DNA of 63,999 nucleotides, counting the filler, from Basidioascus undulatus (Eukaryota): NCBI GenBank assembly GCA_000826855.1. It is 4 parts of 4 records of this genome, joined end to end, with 100 filler letters (N's around TTAATTAATTAA, not from the genome) between each part and the next. Parts side by side here need not be neighbours in the genome. Positions count along the whole stretch, not along the records: positions 49,006 to 63,999 come from JTLS01000674.1; 3 more parts are not named here. One strand, 5' to 3'. The notes under the pieces are model-generated. The model was not told where the DNA came from and did no database searches. It worked only from the letters and a program-made list of their open reading frames with translations. How positions within the stretch are numbered: the stretch's first letter is position 1; the number at the start of each line of letters is the position of its first letter. Both the position numbers and the translations under genes were made by a program. Positions 63,321 through 63,999 of the stretch are shown piece after piece.

Positions 63321-63999
63321 CACACCAGTTTCCAGATGTTCAGTGCTGATGAGATCCTCACCCTCGAATTTCGACGCAGTGGTGCAAGAAGTATAGGCTG
63401 GCGGCGAAAGCGTAGTTGGTTGTTCAAGGCGTCTGGTGGACCGTGAAGGGAGACTACGGCAGTGGTATCTAGTCAAAAGGTGGCATGCCTCGCATAAAAA
63501 CTTGCAATTTGATCCACGTCTGCCTTTGCAATGATGCGGAGTCTGCGCGTAGATTTCGCTCCCCGTACAAACGCACTCGTAGGGATCAGCAAGCCGGACT
63601 TCTCGATGACCGGCTTCTCGATGACCCCGCCAATACGGTGTCCGAAACCAAAGAAACGATAGATACGGATCTTGGAAACGATACTCTTCACGCATCTTGT
63701 GCGTTTACGACGTAGGCCGGTTGCGGCTGCTCGGCAGGTGGCCATCAATCGGCTTCGCAGGACTACTAGGTCAAGTTGTCTGCTGCGTTGGAACAACGTC
63801 AGTCCGGCGAAAGTAGTCAGAGACATAACAGAGCACCAACCATCCTCCACGCCCTCGCAGCGTACAAATCAACAACGCCTTGCATAAATGACACAGCACT
63901 GTGCCCCCACAGGTATCCACATAACCATGGGTATCTTCCCCTCCCACCATCCGCATCCAAACCATAAGATACCCCTGCACCCCACCCCCACCCCTCTCC

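Noticed and set aside
63345..63380. CTGATGAG...CTCGAA resembling a hammerhead ribozyme core
   Set aside because: GAAT instead of GAAA, stem II barely pairs, and stems I and III were not found.

Overview
Eukaryotic, intron-dense fungal DNA, most likely a basidiomycete (short GT-AG and GC-AG introns, CTRAC-type branch points, microexons, F-box and MYND accessory genes). The window is four unrelated contigs joined by 100-nt N44-TTAATTAATTAA-N44 linkers; the two complete contigs are 16,245 and 16,244 bp, i.e. apparently size-sorted. Recognisable genes: RSA4/Notchless (truncated), an Hmp1/CsbD-like protein, an RBM42-like RRM protein, YIH1/IMPACT plus a head-to-head RWD-less paralog, GMF/AIM7, TRS23, PUT2, an RhlG-like SDR, a vWA protein, TAM41, an alpha/beta-hydrolase, RNase T2, tRNA-Gly(GCC) with a 7-nt intron and tRNA-Leu(AAG). 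Most notable: (1) a ~28-exon, all-phase-0 microexon gene encoding a signal-peptide-bearing K/D/E/H-rich protein ending in ADEL; (2) a ~2.5-kb inversion that reciprocally breaks an amino-acid permease and a cyclopropane fatty-acid synthase; (3) a tail-to-tail junction truncating RSA4 and an F-box gene; (4) a candidate intronic H/ACA RNA in TAM41 and a ~310-nt structured element beside tRNA-Gly; (5) frameshift decay concentrated in accessory genes. All gene models were read by eye and family calls come from recalled motifs, not database searches.
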